DNA of 64,000 nt from Octopus sinensis. Lineage: Eukaryota. The first letter of the stretch is position 1; the number at the start of each line of letters is the position of its first letter. Below are positions 54,292-63,500 of this stretch, piece after piece. The stretch is from positions 42,160,001-42,224,000 of the forward strand of contig NC_043015.1 of NCBI RefSeq assembly GCF_006345805.1, written 5' to 3'. The position numbers and the translations under genes were made by a program. The notes under the pieces were generated by a model, which was given only the letters and a program-made list of their open reading frames with translations, was not told the DNA's origin and did not search any database.

Positions 54292-54596
54292 TATGACAGG
54301 CTTCTTTCAGTTTCCGTCTACCAAATCCACTCACAAGGATTTGGTCAGCCCGAGGAACCGTGTGGTTTGTAAGCAAGCTACTTACCACACAGCCACTCCT
54401 ACGCCTGTAATGATTATTATTACTATTATTATTATTATTATTATCATTATTGTTATTTTCTCTCTCATATTTCATTCCATTTCAGTTTATCATTCGTGCA
54501 CCAAAGGATGTTGTGATTAAATCTTTACCATACAAAATCGGAGAAACGGTGCCAAAGGGAGCTAGTCTTGTAGAATTTGAAGATTCTGATTCTTAA
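25204..54596 (+). CDS. MCCC1: Methylcrotonoyl-CoA carboxylase subunit alpha (biotin carboxylase + biotin carrier); join(25204..25343,26310..26405,28846..28967,30161..30308,32400..32521,33119..33230,33859..33940,35201..35328,36495..36678,38229..38338,39519..39732,49571..49657,51624..51811,52483..52662,54486..54596)
   Basis: Continuous in-phase GT-AG splicing gives [86 protein letters not shown], biotinylation motif AMKM (52648-52659) and stop TAA at 54594-54596. Most exon sizes equal those recalled for human MCCC1. Start or presequence exon not resolved. Confidence 0.95.
25400..25790. repeat. Degenerate minisatellite with TTCCAGGAA core
   Basis: Repeated cctcggaa(a/c)tttccaggaagt-like units. 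Confidence 0.8.
25800..26210 (-). mobile_element. SINE family A
   Basis: Reverse complement of the consensus. Confidence 0.82.
26310..26405 (+). CDS. MCCC1: MCCC1 exon (96 nt)
   Basis: [32 protein letters not shown]. Confidence 0.94.
27062..27310 (+). mobile_element. tRNA-headed SINE with hammerhead-like 3' region
   Basis: A-box tggcttaatgg, B-box gagttcaattcc, (aat)n, CTGATGA-stem-GAAAC. Confidence 0.6.
27312..27561 (-). mobile_element. tRNA-derived SINE with 17-bp TSD
   Basis: Reverse head gtggaggcgtgtggcttagtggttagg; TSD catcaaatgtaaataat at 27286-27302 and 27562-27578. Confidence 0.7.
28050..28732 (+). mobile_element. RTE-clade LINE 3' end
   Basis: [41 protein letters not shown] + 3'UTR + (GAT)n. 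Confidence 0.8.
28846..28967 (+). CDS. MCCC1: MCCC1 exon (122 nt)
   Basis: [40 protein letters not shown]. Confidence 0.95.
29356..29727 (+). mobile_element. Non-autonomous Helitron
   Basis: A|TCTCTATATATATAAA 5' end; 3' GC hairpin (cctggcaacgccggg) then CTAG|T; no TSD. Confidence 0.8.
29784..30015 (+). mobile_element. tRNA-derived SINE family B
   Basis: ggcagaaacgttagc...gagttcaaattc (B box)...ctttcatcctttcggggtcgataaattaagtacc; other copies at about 35, 340, 7590, 22815, 53515, 55845. Confidence 0.82.
30161..30308 (+). CDS. MCCC1: MCCC1 exon (148 nt)
   Basis: [49 protein letters not shown]. Confidence 0.95.
30428..30837. mobile_element. MITE with about 28-bp TIRs
   Basis: ggatctttttggtttgaatggcagtttt ... 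aaaactgccattcaaacttaaaagatcc. Confidence 0.65.
32400..32521 (+). CDS. MCCC1: MCCC1 exon (122 nt)
   Basis: [40 protein letters not shown]. Confidence 0.95.
33119..33230 (+). CDS. MCCC1: MCCC1 exon (112 nt)
   Basis: [37 protein letters not shown]. Confidence 0.95.
33859..33940 (+). CDS. MCCC1: MCCC1 exon (82 nt)
   Basis: [27 protein letters not shown]; AAG acceptor, gtatgt donor. Confidence 0.94.
34100..34380 (+). mobile_element. Degenerate LINE ORF2 remnant (Ingi/Vingi-like)
   Basis: [32 protein letters not shown] resembles the TGCLKPT...GIAPPxIRR motif. Confidence 0.45.
34405..34800 (+). mobile_element. Tandem SINE family B copies
   Basis: Two head-to-tail near-identical bodies. Confidence 0.8.
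35201..35328 (+). CDS. MCCC1: MCCC1 exon (128 nt)
   Basis: [42 protein letters not shown]. Confidence 0.95.
35410..35878. mobile_element. Three adjacent SINE family B pieces in alternating orientation
   Basis: Minus 35410-35503, plus 35509-35720, minus 35728-35878. Confidence 0.78.
36495..36678 (+). CDS. MCCC1: MCCC1 exon (184 nt)
   Basis: [61 protein letters not shown]. Confidence 0.95.
37146..37450 (+). mobile_element. tRNA(Arg-like)-headed SINE
   Basis: tggcctagtggttagagc...gggtttgaatc head, body ending (aac)n. Confidence 0.7.
37680..37875 (+). mobile_element. Short mariner-like fragment
   Basis: gtgctgaaaagttcctggc end plus [19 protein letters not shown] tail. Confidence 0.5.
38229..38338 (+). 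CDS. MCCC1: MCCC1 exon (110 nt)
   Basis: [36 protein letters not shown]. Confidence 0.95.
38530..38795. repeat. (TA)n/(CA)n microsatellite
   Basis: Direct reading. Confidence 0.9.
39519..39732 (+). CDS. MCCC1: MCCC1 exon (214 nt)
   Basis: [38 protein letters not shown]...[11 protein letters not shown]. Confidence 0.94.
40745..49135. repeat. 50-bp tandem satellite, about 168 copies, in an MCCC1 intron
   Basis: Unit gcagtataaaatttgcattcttttga(c/t)a(a/t)ctta(g/a)catggccaaaaggcat; four variants of one 10-nt segment. Confidence 0.98.
49571..49657 (+). CDS. MCCC1: MCCC1 exon (87 nt)
   Basis: [28 protein letters not shown]; tacag|...|gtaagt, phases fit both neighbours. Confidence 0.9.
50065..50959 (+). 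mobile_element. Tc1/mariner derivative with long inverted ends
   Basis: TA|caaggtctgaccaataagtat...atacttattggtcagatcacg; arms about 210 bp; remnant [33 protein letters not shown]. Confidence 0.85.
51115..51497 (+). mobile_element. SINE family A
   Basis: Full-length copy. Confidence 0.82.
51624..51811 (+). CDS. MCCC1: MCCC1 exon (188 nt)
   Basis: [62 protein letters not shown]. Confidence 0.9.
52483..52662 (+). CDS. MCCC1: MCCC1 exon (180 nt, biotinyl domain)
   Basis: [60 protein letters not shown]. Confidence 0.95.
52740..53150 (+). mobile_element. Mariner (DD34D) transposase C-terminal remnant
   Basis: [13 protein letters not shown]...[16 protein letters not shown]...GIKKLLNRW with a stop and frameshifts. 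Confidence 0.85.
53281..53490. mobile_element. piggyBac-like MITE, same family as 1860
   Basis: ttaaccct...ggggttag; shared aaatataacaaagaatttagtaaaataac body. Confidence 0.6.
54035..54405 (-). mobile_element. SINE family A
   Basis: Near full-length reverse copy. Confidence 0.8.
54486..54596 (+). CDS. MCCC1: MCCC1 last coding exon
   Basis: ttcag|[36 protein letters not shown]. Confidence 0.92.
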   Translation, partial: FIIRAPKDVVIKSLPYKIGETVPKGASLVEFEDSDS

Positions 54597-54760
54597 GAAT
54601 TACCGAAAACTTTCACAACAACTAAAGAAATATACAACAACAGAAGTCACCTCAGAATATTTGCAGACAAAAGAAAATTAGTTTTATATCAAAATTAAGG
54701 GGGGGGGGTCAATTTTTTTTGTTTTTTGGGGTTTCTGAATTCTTTAATATAAATCAAAAT

Positions 54761-54766
54761 AATAAA
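54761..54766 (+). terminator. Candidate MCCC1 polyadenylation signal
   Basis: AATAAA about 165 nt after the stop codon, in U-rich context. Confidence 0.55.
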
Positions 54767-55225
54767 TAATTTATGAATGAAATTCTTGGAATTTTTTTAT
54801 TTATTCATATGGAATGGCGGTGCCCCAGCATGGCCACAGCTCATAAGCTGAAACTAGAATCAATCAATCAATCAATCATATATTTATGTAGTTTTTGTAT
54901 ATTTCCTATTAAGAAGTACAGATGCAGGCATTGTTGTGTGGTTGAGAAATTTACTTCATATGGTCTCAGGTTCAATTCCACTGTTTGACACCTTGGACAA
55001 GTGTCTTCTACTTTAGCTCCAGACTGACCAAGACTTTGTGAATGGAACCCCAAAAAAAGACTCATCAACATCATTGACTGCCATCCATCCAATCACAGGT
55101 TTTTACATCAGAGCTTTCCTTCACCATGGTTCCCAATGTGGGGTGCATGCCCCACCGGTGGAGCATGGTAATATTTCGGTGGGACATGCATAGTGTCATG
55201 ATGAATTTATACCATTTGTACACAA

Positions 55226-55575
55226 TGGGCGCAGGAGTGGCTGTGTGGTAAGTAGCTTGCTAACCAACCACATGGTTCCGAGTTCAGTCCCACTGCGTGG
55301 CATCTTGGGCAAGTGTCTTCCGCTATAGCCCCGGGCTGACCAATGCCTTGTGAGTAGATTTGGTAGACGGAAACTGAAAGAAGCCCGTCGTGTGTGTCTG
55401 TGTTTGTCCCCAACATCGCTGGTGTGTTTACTTCCCCGTCACTTAGCGGTTCGGCAAAAGAGACCGATAGAATAAGTACTGGGCTTACAAAGAATAAGTC
55501 CCGGGGTCGATTTGCTCAACTAAAGGCGGTGCTCCAGCATGACCGCAGTCAAAATGACAAACAAGTAAAAGAGTA
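55226..55575 (+). mobile_element. SINE family A
   Basis: Full-length copy. Confidence 0.82.
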
Positions 55576-56715
55576 ATGTTTAGTATACCAAAAAGGGGAA
55601 AATCTTTACATCCCTTCTGTGGACAATTTTATCAAATTTTTGACACTTTAGAGACATCAAAACAGGTCATTTTCATTATAGTCAAAACATAAGATCTGAT
55701 GTCTCTAAAGAGGCAATCATGTAGGTAATTACAAACGTGTGTGTGGTAGAAATCTATATTGGACTCAGGTGAAATTTCTGAAATTCCCCACCTCAACCCC
55801 TGCTAATCTGGTACACCATACCTTCATTCTCTTTCTTATTTCTTTTTTGCCCACAAGGGGCTAAACACAGAAGGGACAAACAAGGACAGACAAACGGATT
55901 AAGTCGATTACATCGACCCCAGTGCATAACTGGTACTTAATTTATCGACCCCGAAAGGATGAAAGGCAAAGTCGACCTCGGCGGAATTTGAACTCAGAAT
56001 GTAGCGGCAGACAAAATACCGCTAGGCGTTTCTGCCAGGTCGCTGCCCTCCTTCATTCTCATTCTTGTGGTTTTTTACTGTCTGAATCAGTTCTGATTGC
56101 GCATCATTGAAAAGCATGCGCAGCTACTGTATTTGCTGCTGCACCAAAGTCACCAATTTGTTGAAGATTACTGTAGGAACTACAACAGTCCATGAGAAAT
56201 AGCAGGATTAAACTTGTGTCCATAGTATTGGAGGTTGTTGACCATCCTTTGACAGGTTTTGTTTTTTCCTGCTTACTAAACATGTTTAGTGGGGTTGCCA
56301 AATTAGTCACCAAAAAAAAGGAACATACTGCATGTTGTAATGGATTAGATATGTTACCAGTAGCACTCACAAGCAACCTACTTACCTAATACACACACAC
56401 ACACACACAGAGGTTTCCTCCAGTTTCCAGTTACAAGACCCACTCACAAAGGCTTTGGTCAGCCTGAGGCAACAGAAAAAGACACTTGCCCAAGATGGTC
56501 TGCAGTGGGACTTAACCTAGAACCAAGTGGATGGGAAACAGACTTCTTACCACACAGCAATATATATACAATGGGCTTCCACACACAAGGCATAGGTTTA
56601 CCTGGGGCTATTGTAGAAGATACTTATCCAAGATACCGCAATGGGATTGAACCCGGAACCATGTGAATGGAAAGCAAACATCTTAATGACAGAACTATAC
56701 ACACACAGTGTGGCG

Positions 56716-57100
56716 TTGGAGTGGCTGTGTGGTAAGTAGCTTGCTTACGAACCACATGGTTCCGGGTTCAGTCCCACTGCGTGGCACCTTGGGTAAGTGT
56801 CTTCTGCTATAGCCTCGGGCCGACCAAAGCCTTGTGAGTGGATTTGGTAGACGGAAACTGAAAGAAGCCCATCGTATATATGTATATATATATGTGTATG
56901 TTTGTGTGTTGTGTTTGACCCCTCCTCCAACATCGCTTGACAACCGATGCTGGTGTGTTTACATCCCCGTAACTTAGTGGTTCAGCAAAAAGAGATCGAT
57001 AGAATAAGTACTAGGCTTACAAAGAATAAGTCCTGGGGTCGATTTGCTTGACTAAAGGCGGTGCTCTAGCATGGCCACAGTCAAATGACTGAAACAAGTA
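56716..57100 (+). mobile_element. SINE family A
   Basis: Full-length copy. Confidence 0.82.
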
Positions 57101-58024
57101 AATGAAAAATGAAACACAGATGCACACAAACACATGTATATATATATATGGTACTATTTTAATAAACAGTGATTTGAACAAATAAAAAAAATAACTAAAT
57201 AGATAAAATATCGTAAATATATATTTTATTGCAAGAATTTAATACTTTTCCATTACTTCAAGAGTTATACCAGAGATTTTCAGCAGATGGCATTATTTTA
57301 TGCCTATATTTGTTGCATATCTTAACAACATAAACTATTTTCTGAATGGTTTGTATGGAACAATGAGAGCGAATCAATCTTCACCAATGAACAAAAGAAT
57401 TACCTGCATCACATTTTTAGAAAAATCAGTGAAAATACAAAGAATAAATGCATTTATTTCAGAAACTAATATAACCAAGCCATGCCAGGCTCTTATATAT
57501 ATACATATATATATATTAGAAGGTTGTTTGTTGTAGCCAGTGACTTTTGGTTTTACACCTACAAAGCACTTAGCTGACAGATTCAAATGGCTGGAGTAAT
57601 GTAATCTCTCCACAACTGGAGGAAGGAAAACATCCTGGTCAGTTAGTTTTGTAAACAGAAAAATTGCAAAATGAAACTTTACTGGTAGAACCTTCAGTGA
57701 GGCAGAGGTATCCCCCTTAGATTGGTTCCAGTTATGTCTGAAACAGGCCTGCAGAAGATGTCTGAAGATGGCAGCATATATATGTTACCATCTTCTGCTG
57801 GTCTGCTTGAGACATAAATGGAACTGATCTAAGAAGGATGATATATATATATATATATATATATATAGCAGAGTAAACACATAAATGTGAAACAAGGTGG
57901 TAAAAAGAGTACTCAAATACCAGGGATAGAGTAATATGGTTTATTTAAAAGCAGCAGAAATTCAACAAAACCTGTTACTCGGAGTTTCATGTTCCCGTTT
58001 GTCGGACAGTTTTTTTTTTTTAAC

Positions 58025-58070
58025 AAAACTGTCTGACAAACGGGAACGTGAAACTCCGAGTAACAGGTTT
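58025..58070 (+). ncRNA. Hammerhead-like motif, variant core, within a palindrome
   Basis: ctgt-CTGACAA-acg(ggaa)cgt-GAAA-ctc-c-gag-TA-acag; all three stems pair but G8 is A. Confidence 0.45.
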
Positions 58071-58310
58071 TGTTGAATTTCTGCTGATTTTAAATAAAGT
58101 ATATATATATATATATATATATATATGAATAAAAAATGGAGTTAATGCAGGTTTAAACAAGTATTTTTACTTTCTACATATGTTTCGAAAATTCCACTGA
58201 TACTATTCAAAAGAATAAAAGGTATAAACAATGCAATCTTCTCTTCTTGCTGCCCTGGTAACTATTTATTTATTTTTCCATGTTAATTCTTAACAAGGTA
58301 AAATACACTC

Positions 58311-58361
<51 letters not shown>

Positions 58362-58387
58362 AATTCTTAACAAGGTAAAATACACTC

Positions 58388-58425
<38 letters not shown>

Positions 58426-58780
58426 TATATGTATGTATATATGTGTATATATATATTGATAATATATATATATATTCATGAAAAGGTCATAGGGGTAGAA
58501 TCTTCACGGACCTCCTCTAAAAGGTCCTATCACAAGTAACCATCATTACACTTTACACAATTTCATATGTCACTGGTTTATTAAGCCAGGGTTCTCACAT
58601 GCGCACAAGCGAAGGGCATCTAAAGATAATCACACAGATACAAAAAATTTATTTTCAATTAGTTACGCAAGATGTGGTAATCCTCTGAAAATAAACAAAT
58701 ATATTTATCAACAAAAAGCTTATCATGGATTAAGATATTTTTTTTTTATTTTTCCCCTTCTGTTTATAGTCCTTATTCTT

Positions 58781-59036
58781 TATTCCTATAATTCTTTATT
58801 CTTATATTCTCATATTCCTATAATTCTTTATTCTTATATTCTCATATTCCTATAATTCTTTATTCTTATATTCTCATATTCCTATAATTCTTTATTCTTA
58901 TATTCTCATATTCCTATAATTCTTTATTCTTATATTCTCATATTCCTATAATTCTTTATTCTTATATTCTCATATTCCTATAATTCTTTATTCTTATATT
59001 CTCATATTCCTATAATTCTTTATTCTTATATTCTTA
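58781..59036. repeat. 32-bp tandem repeat, about 8 copies, SELENBP1 3' region
   Basis: Unit cttatattctcatattcctataattctttatt. Confidence 0.92.
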
Positions 59037-59126
59037 TACAGTACTCATCATTATTATATTTCATTTCATTTGTTTGTTTTTGGGGGGTTTTTTTATATTT
59101 TTTCTTTTCTATGTTTTTGCATTATT

Positions 59127-59328
59127 TTATAATTTGTGAGGATATAAACTGGGGTTTTGCTTATCAGATAACCAAATATCTGTGCTACAGTCTCCACCAG
59201 GATAATGCATTTCATGGGCCAAAACTGGACCTTCCGGTTCATCACGGAAATCCACGCAGAAGTCTCTGTTGAGGGTAAGGCCACCGGTGATAGTGTTGAC
59301 ATCAACCTGGAGCATCACAGAACCATTC
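59127..59328 (-). CDS. SELENBP1: SELENBP1 last coding exon
   Basis: Phase-2 start, ends [16 protein letters not shown]...HKL*. Confidence 0.94.
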
Positions 59329-60566
59329 CTACAGAATATAAATCAGAGATTGAAACAGAGTACAAATTCAAAGAACATAGCAACAAACATAAACAAAAAT
59401 AAAGTACCATACTTTCTTATATATAAACCAGTGATACCAGTGCGGTGGTACGTAAGAGAACCATCCGAACGTGGCCGTTGCCAGTGCCGCCCCGACTGGC
59501 CTCGTGCTGGTGGCACGTAAAAAGCACCATCCGATTGTGTCCATTGCCAGCTTCGCTGGTGACATGTAAAAAGCACCATCCGATCGTGGCTGTTTGCCAG
59601 CCTCGCCTGGCACCTGTGCCGGTGGCACGTAAAAAGCACCATCCAATCGTGGCCATTTGCCAGCCTCCAGTGGCACGTAAAAAGCACCATCCGATCATGG
59701 CCATTTGCCAGCCTCGTCTGGCACCTGTGCCGGTGGCACGTAAAAAGCACCATCCAATCGTGGCCGTTTGCCAGCGTCGTCTGGCACGTAAAAAGCACCA
59801 TCCAATCGTGGCCGTTTGCCAGCCTCGTCTGGCACCTGTGCCGGTGGCACATAAAAAGCACCATCCAATCGTGGCCGTTTGCCAGCGTCGTCTGGCACCT
59901 GTGCCGGTGGCACGTAAAAAGCACCATCCAATCGTGGCCATTTGCCAGCTCCGTCTGCCTCCAGTGGCACGTAAAAAGCACCATCCGATCATGGCCGTTT
60001 GCCAGCCTTGTCTGGCACGTAAAAAGCACCATCCAATCGTGGCCGTTTGCCAGCCTCGTCTGGCACCTGTGCCGGTGGCACGTAAAAAGCACCCACTACA
60101 CTCACGGAGTGGTTGGCATTAGGAAGGGCATCCAGCTTTGGAAACACTGCCAGATCAGACTGGAGCTTGGTGCAGCCTCCTGGCTTCCCAGACCCCAGTT
60201 GAACCGTCCAACCCATACTAGCATGGAAAGCGGACGCTAAACGAAGATGATGATGAAACCAAATTTTTCAAACAAAAATTTACAACCAAAAAAGAACAAG
60301 GTCAACTTATACACCAAGATGACTTTGGAGGACCAAAGATTCCATGTGAAATGCAGCAGAATTCATAAAGATAGTGCATGGTGTTTGAATGTTTATACTA
60401 CATTGCTTTGTAAGCCAGAAATACGTAAAACGCCACAGATGCAGAGAGCAGTCTGTTGGACCCATTTGAAGCAGACAGCCGACCGGTTTCATCCCTTTGC
60501 CAATTCGTTTTTACTCCAGTTGCACCCCTCTACATATATACATGCTGGTGGCAGTGGTGGTGGTGA

Positions 60567-60597
<31 letters not shown>

Positions 60598-63500
60598 GGT
60601 GGCAGTGGTGGTATTAGCGATGGTGGTCATGATAGTGATGTCGTTGTAGTGATAGTGTTGTTGTTGGTGGTGGTGGTATTAGTGATGTCGTAGTGATAGT
60701 GGTAGTGGTGGTGATGTTGTTGTTGGTGGTGGTGATGGTGATGGTGATAGTGGTGTTGTTGTTGTTGGTGGTGGTGGTATTAGTGATGTTGTTGTTCTTG
60801 TTGGTGGTGGTGATGGTGGTGGTATTAGTGATGTTGTTGTAGTGATTGTGGTGGTGGTGATGGTGGTGGTATTAGTGATGTTGTTCTTGTTGGTAGTGGT
60901 GGTGGTGTTGTTGTTGTTGTTGGTGGTGGTGGTGATGGTAGTGATGGTGGTGGTGGGATGACAGTGTTGTTGTTGGTGGTGGTGGTGGCAGTGGTGGTAT
61001 TAGTGATGGTGGTCATGATAGTGACGTCGTTGTAGCGATAATGTTGATGTTGTTGTTGGTGGTGGTGGTGGTGGTGGTGGTGGTGGGGATAGTGTTGTTA
61101 CTTTTAAGTGTTGCTGTTGTCGTTACAAAGGGTGCTGTGGTGGGAGGGATGAATGGGGGGGGGCTGTTGTTGTTGTTGCTGTTGGTAGTGAGTGAGAGTA
61201 GCACTGGTGACAGGGAGGGAGGGAGGGAGGGAGGTAGGTGTTGTTAGTGTTGACGTTATAGTTGTTTGCGGTGGTGGCGGTGGGGTTGATTATTATTATT
61301 ACTAACGGTAGTAGTAACCTTGGTGGTGGTGATGGTTGCAGTGGTAGTAGTAGCGGTGGTTGTTACGTCATTTTGTAACTGGTTCACTGAGCCTTTGAAA
61401 CAATATCTAAGATATCTGTTTGTCTGTCGTATACTGATAATAAGTGACCTAAAAGTTTGAAGGCAAAAAAGTAGAATTCCATAAAAAAAAAAAAAATCAC
61501 CCCACCCCACCCCCCCCCCCCACACCACACACACAATGCAGAGATGGGAATGGAATCTAGTAAAAGAACACTCGCCCAAAATTCTGAATTTTTTTTTTTA
61601 TGAATAAGATAAATATTTTACTCAGACACTAACCATGTACTTTGCTTAAATTTCCCTTTAGCAGTAAAACGAAAAAGAGAAAAAACAAAAAGAGAAGAAA
61701 TTAGGTCAGAAGGCCAATATTTAGATAAAGAAATGAGTGAAACAGATTTTAAGATGTTTTTCTTCACACACACTTCTCAATCTCCTGATTATACATGCTA
61801 ACCCTTTGGAGACAGAGGCCGGTTTGGGGTTTCAGTGACAAGAAGACAAAGCACTTTTCACAAGCCCGACAGAGGGCATGCAGTTATTTTTCAAAAGAAA
61901 TTATAAAAAAATAAAGTAATTACCCTACATATTTATAACTATATATATATTCTTGTAGGAAATTGAATCAACTAATACAATTTTCTTCATCATTTGAAAT
62001 CAAATTCGATGACTGGCATCCGTGCTAGTGGACTGCTAAGAGCATCATCCGAGCATGAACGTTGCCAGAGCAGCTAACTGGCTCCTGTGCAGGTGGCATG
62101 TAAAAAGCACCATTTGAGCGTGATCGTTACCAGTGTCGCCTTACTGGCAATTGTGCCATTGGCACGTGAAAAAACATTCAAGTGAGGTCGTTGCCAGTGC
62201 CACTGGACTGGCTCCTGTGCAGGTGGCATGTAAAAAACACCATTTGAGCGTGGCCGTTGCCAGTACCTCCTGACTGGCCCTTATGCCCCTGCAATAAATA
62301 AGCTGGGCAAAATATGGAATATGGACAGAAAACTAAAACTTAAATTCTTTGGGGCATGTGAAGAAAAAAATGTATTCTGCTATTCAATTCAGAATCTTGG
62401 ATTATAACATGAAACCTAGAGATAAAAATTGATGGATTATAAGTTAAACTATTGAGAATGAGAGAGAGCATAGAACCAATAGAGAGGTATACTGAGGCCT
62501 GGCACAACCATTAGACACCATCCGGCAGAGAAGGTTATGCTTTGCTGACCATTGTCACAGAGCTGGGGACTAACGAGGTTCAAAGCTTTTATTTTGGTAA
62601 TCGTTCGGAGGTTGGTGGCACAGAGGAGCAAGAACGAAGATCTTGCCAAAAATGCTCAGAGAAGATTCTGGAATAAAACTCTGAATCTGAAATCAAAGTC
62701 TTGGTGGGGGTCAAAGATGGATTGGAGGTGGAGAGTGAAAGATGTTATAGTTTCATCTGCAGATGACTGATGATGATGTATGAGTGTGGGTATGTGTATA
62801 CACATCATCATCATCATTTAACGTCCGCTTTCCATGCCAGCATGGGTTGGACGATTTGACTGAGGGCTGGCGAACCAGATGGCTGCGCCAGGCTTCAATC
62901 TTGATCTGGCAGAGTTTCTACAGCTGGATGCCCTTCCTAACGCCAACCACTCCAAGAGTGTAGTGGGTGCTTTTACGTGCCACTGGCACGAGGGCCAGTC
63001 AGGCAGTACTGGCAACGGCCACGCTTGAAATGGTGTTTTTTACATGCCACCTGGCAATGACCTCGCTTGAATGATTTTTCACGTGCCAGTAAGGCGACGT
63101 TGGTAATGATCATGCTCGAACACACACACACATACATACAGATATATATACACAAAAATGTGCAAAAAACATGGTGACAATACTTATACACAATAACTGA
63201 AGTTGAGAAAAAAATTCCTTCATGTACTTCGACAGGATTTGTAAAAAAAAAACTTTTTTCTTTCTCTTTATCTCTTTCGCCCCACCTTTTTTATATATAA
63301 AAGGCGCAGGAGTGACTGTGTGGTAAGTAGCTTGCTTACCAACCACATGGTTCTGTGTTCAGTCCCAGTGTGGCACCTTGGGCAAGTGTCTTTTACTATA
63401 GCCTCGGGCCGACCAAAGCCTTGTGAGTGGATTTGGTAGACGGAAAGTGAAAGAAGCCCATCGTATATATGTAAATATATAAACCTGCTCCAGTATCTCG

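Noticed and set aside
56104-56389. Unique-looking intergenic ORFs between MCCC1 and SELENBP1
   Set aside because: No recognisable domain and no coherent splice-site pair.
59343-60216. Long overlapping ORFs of 190-250 aa on both strands
   Set aside because: They come from the expanded RTE 3'UTR minisatellite and lie inside the SELENBP1 intron.
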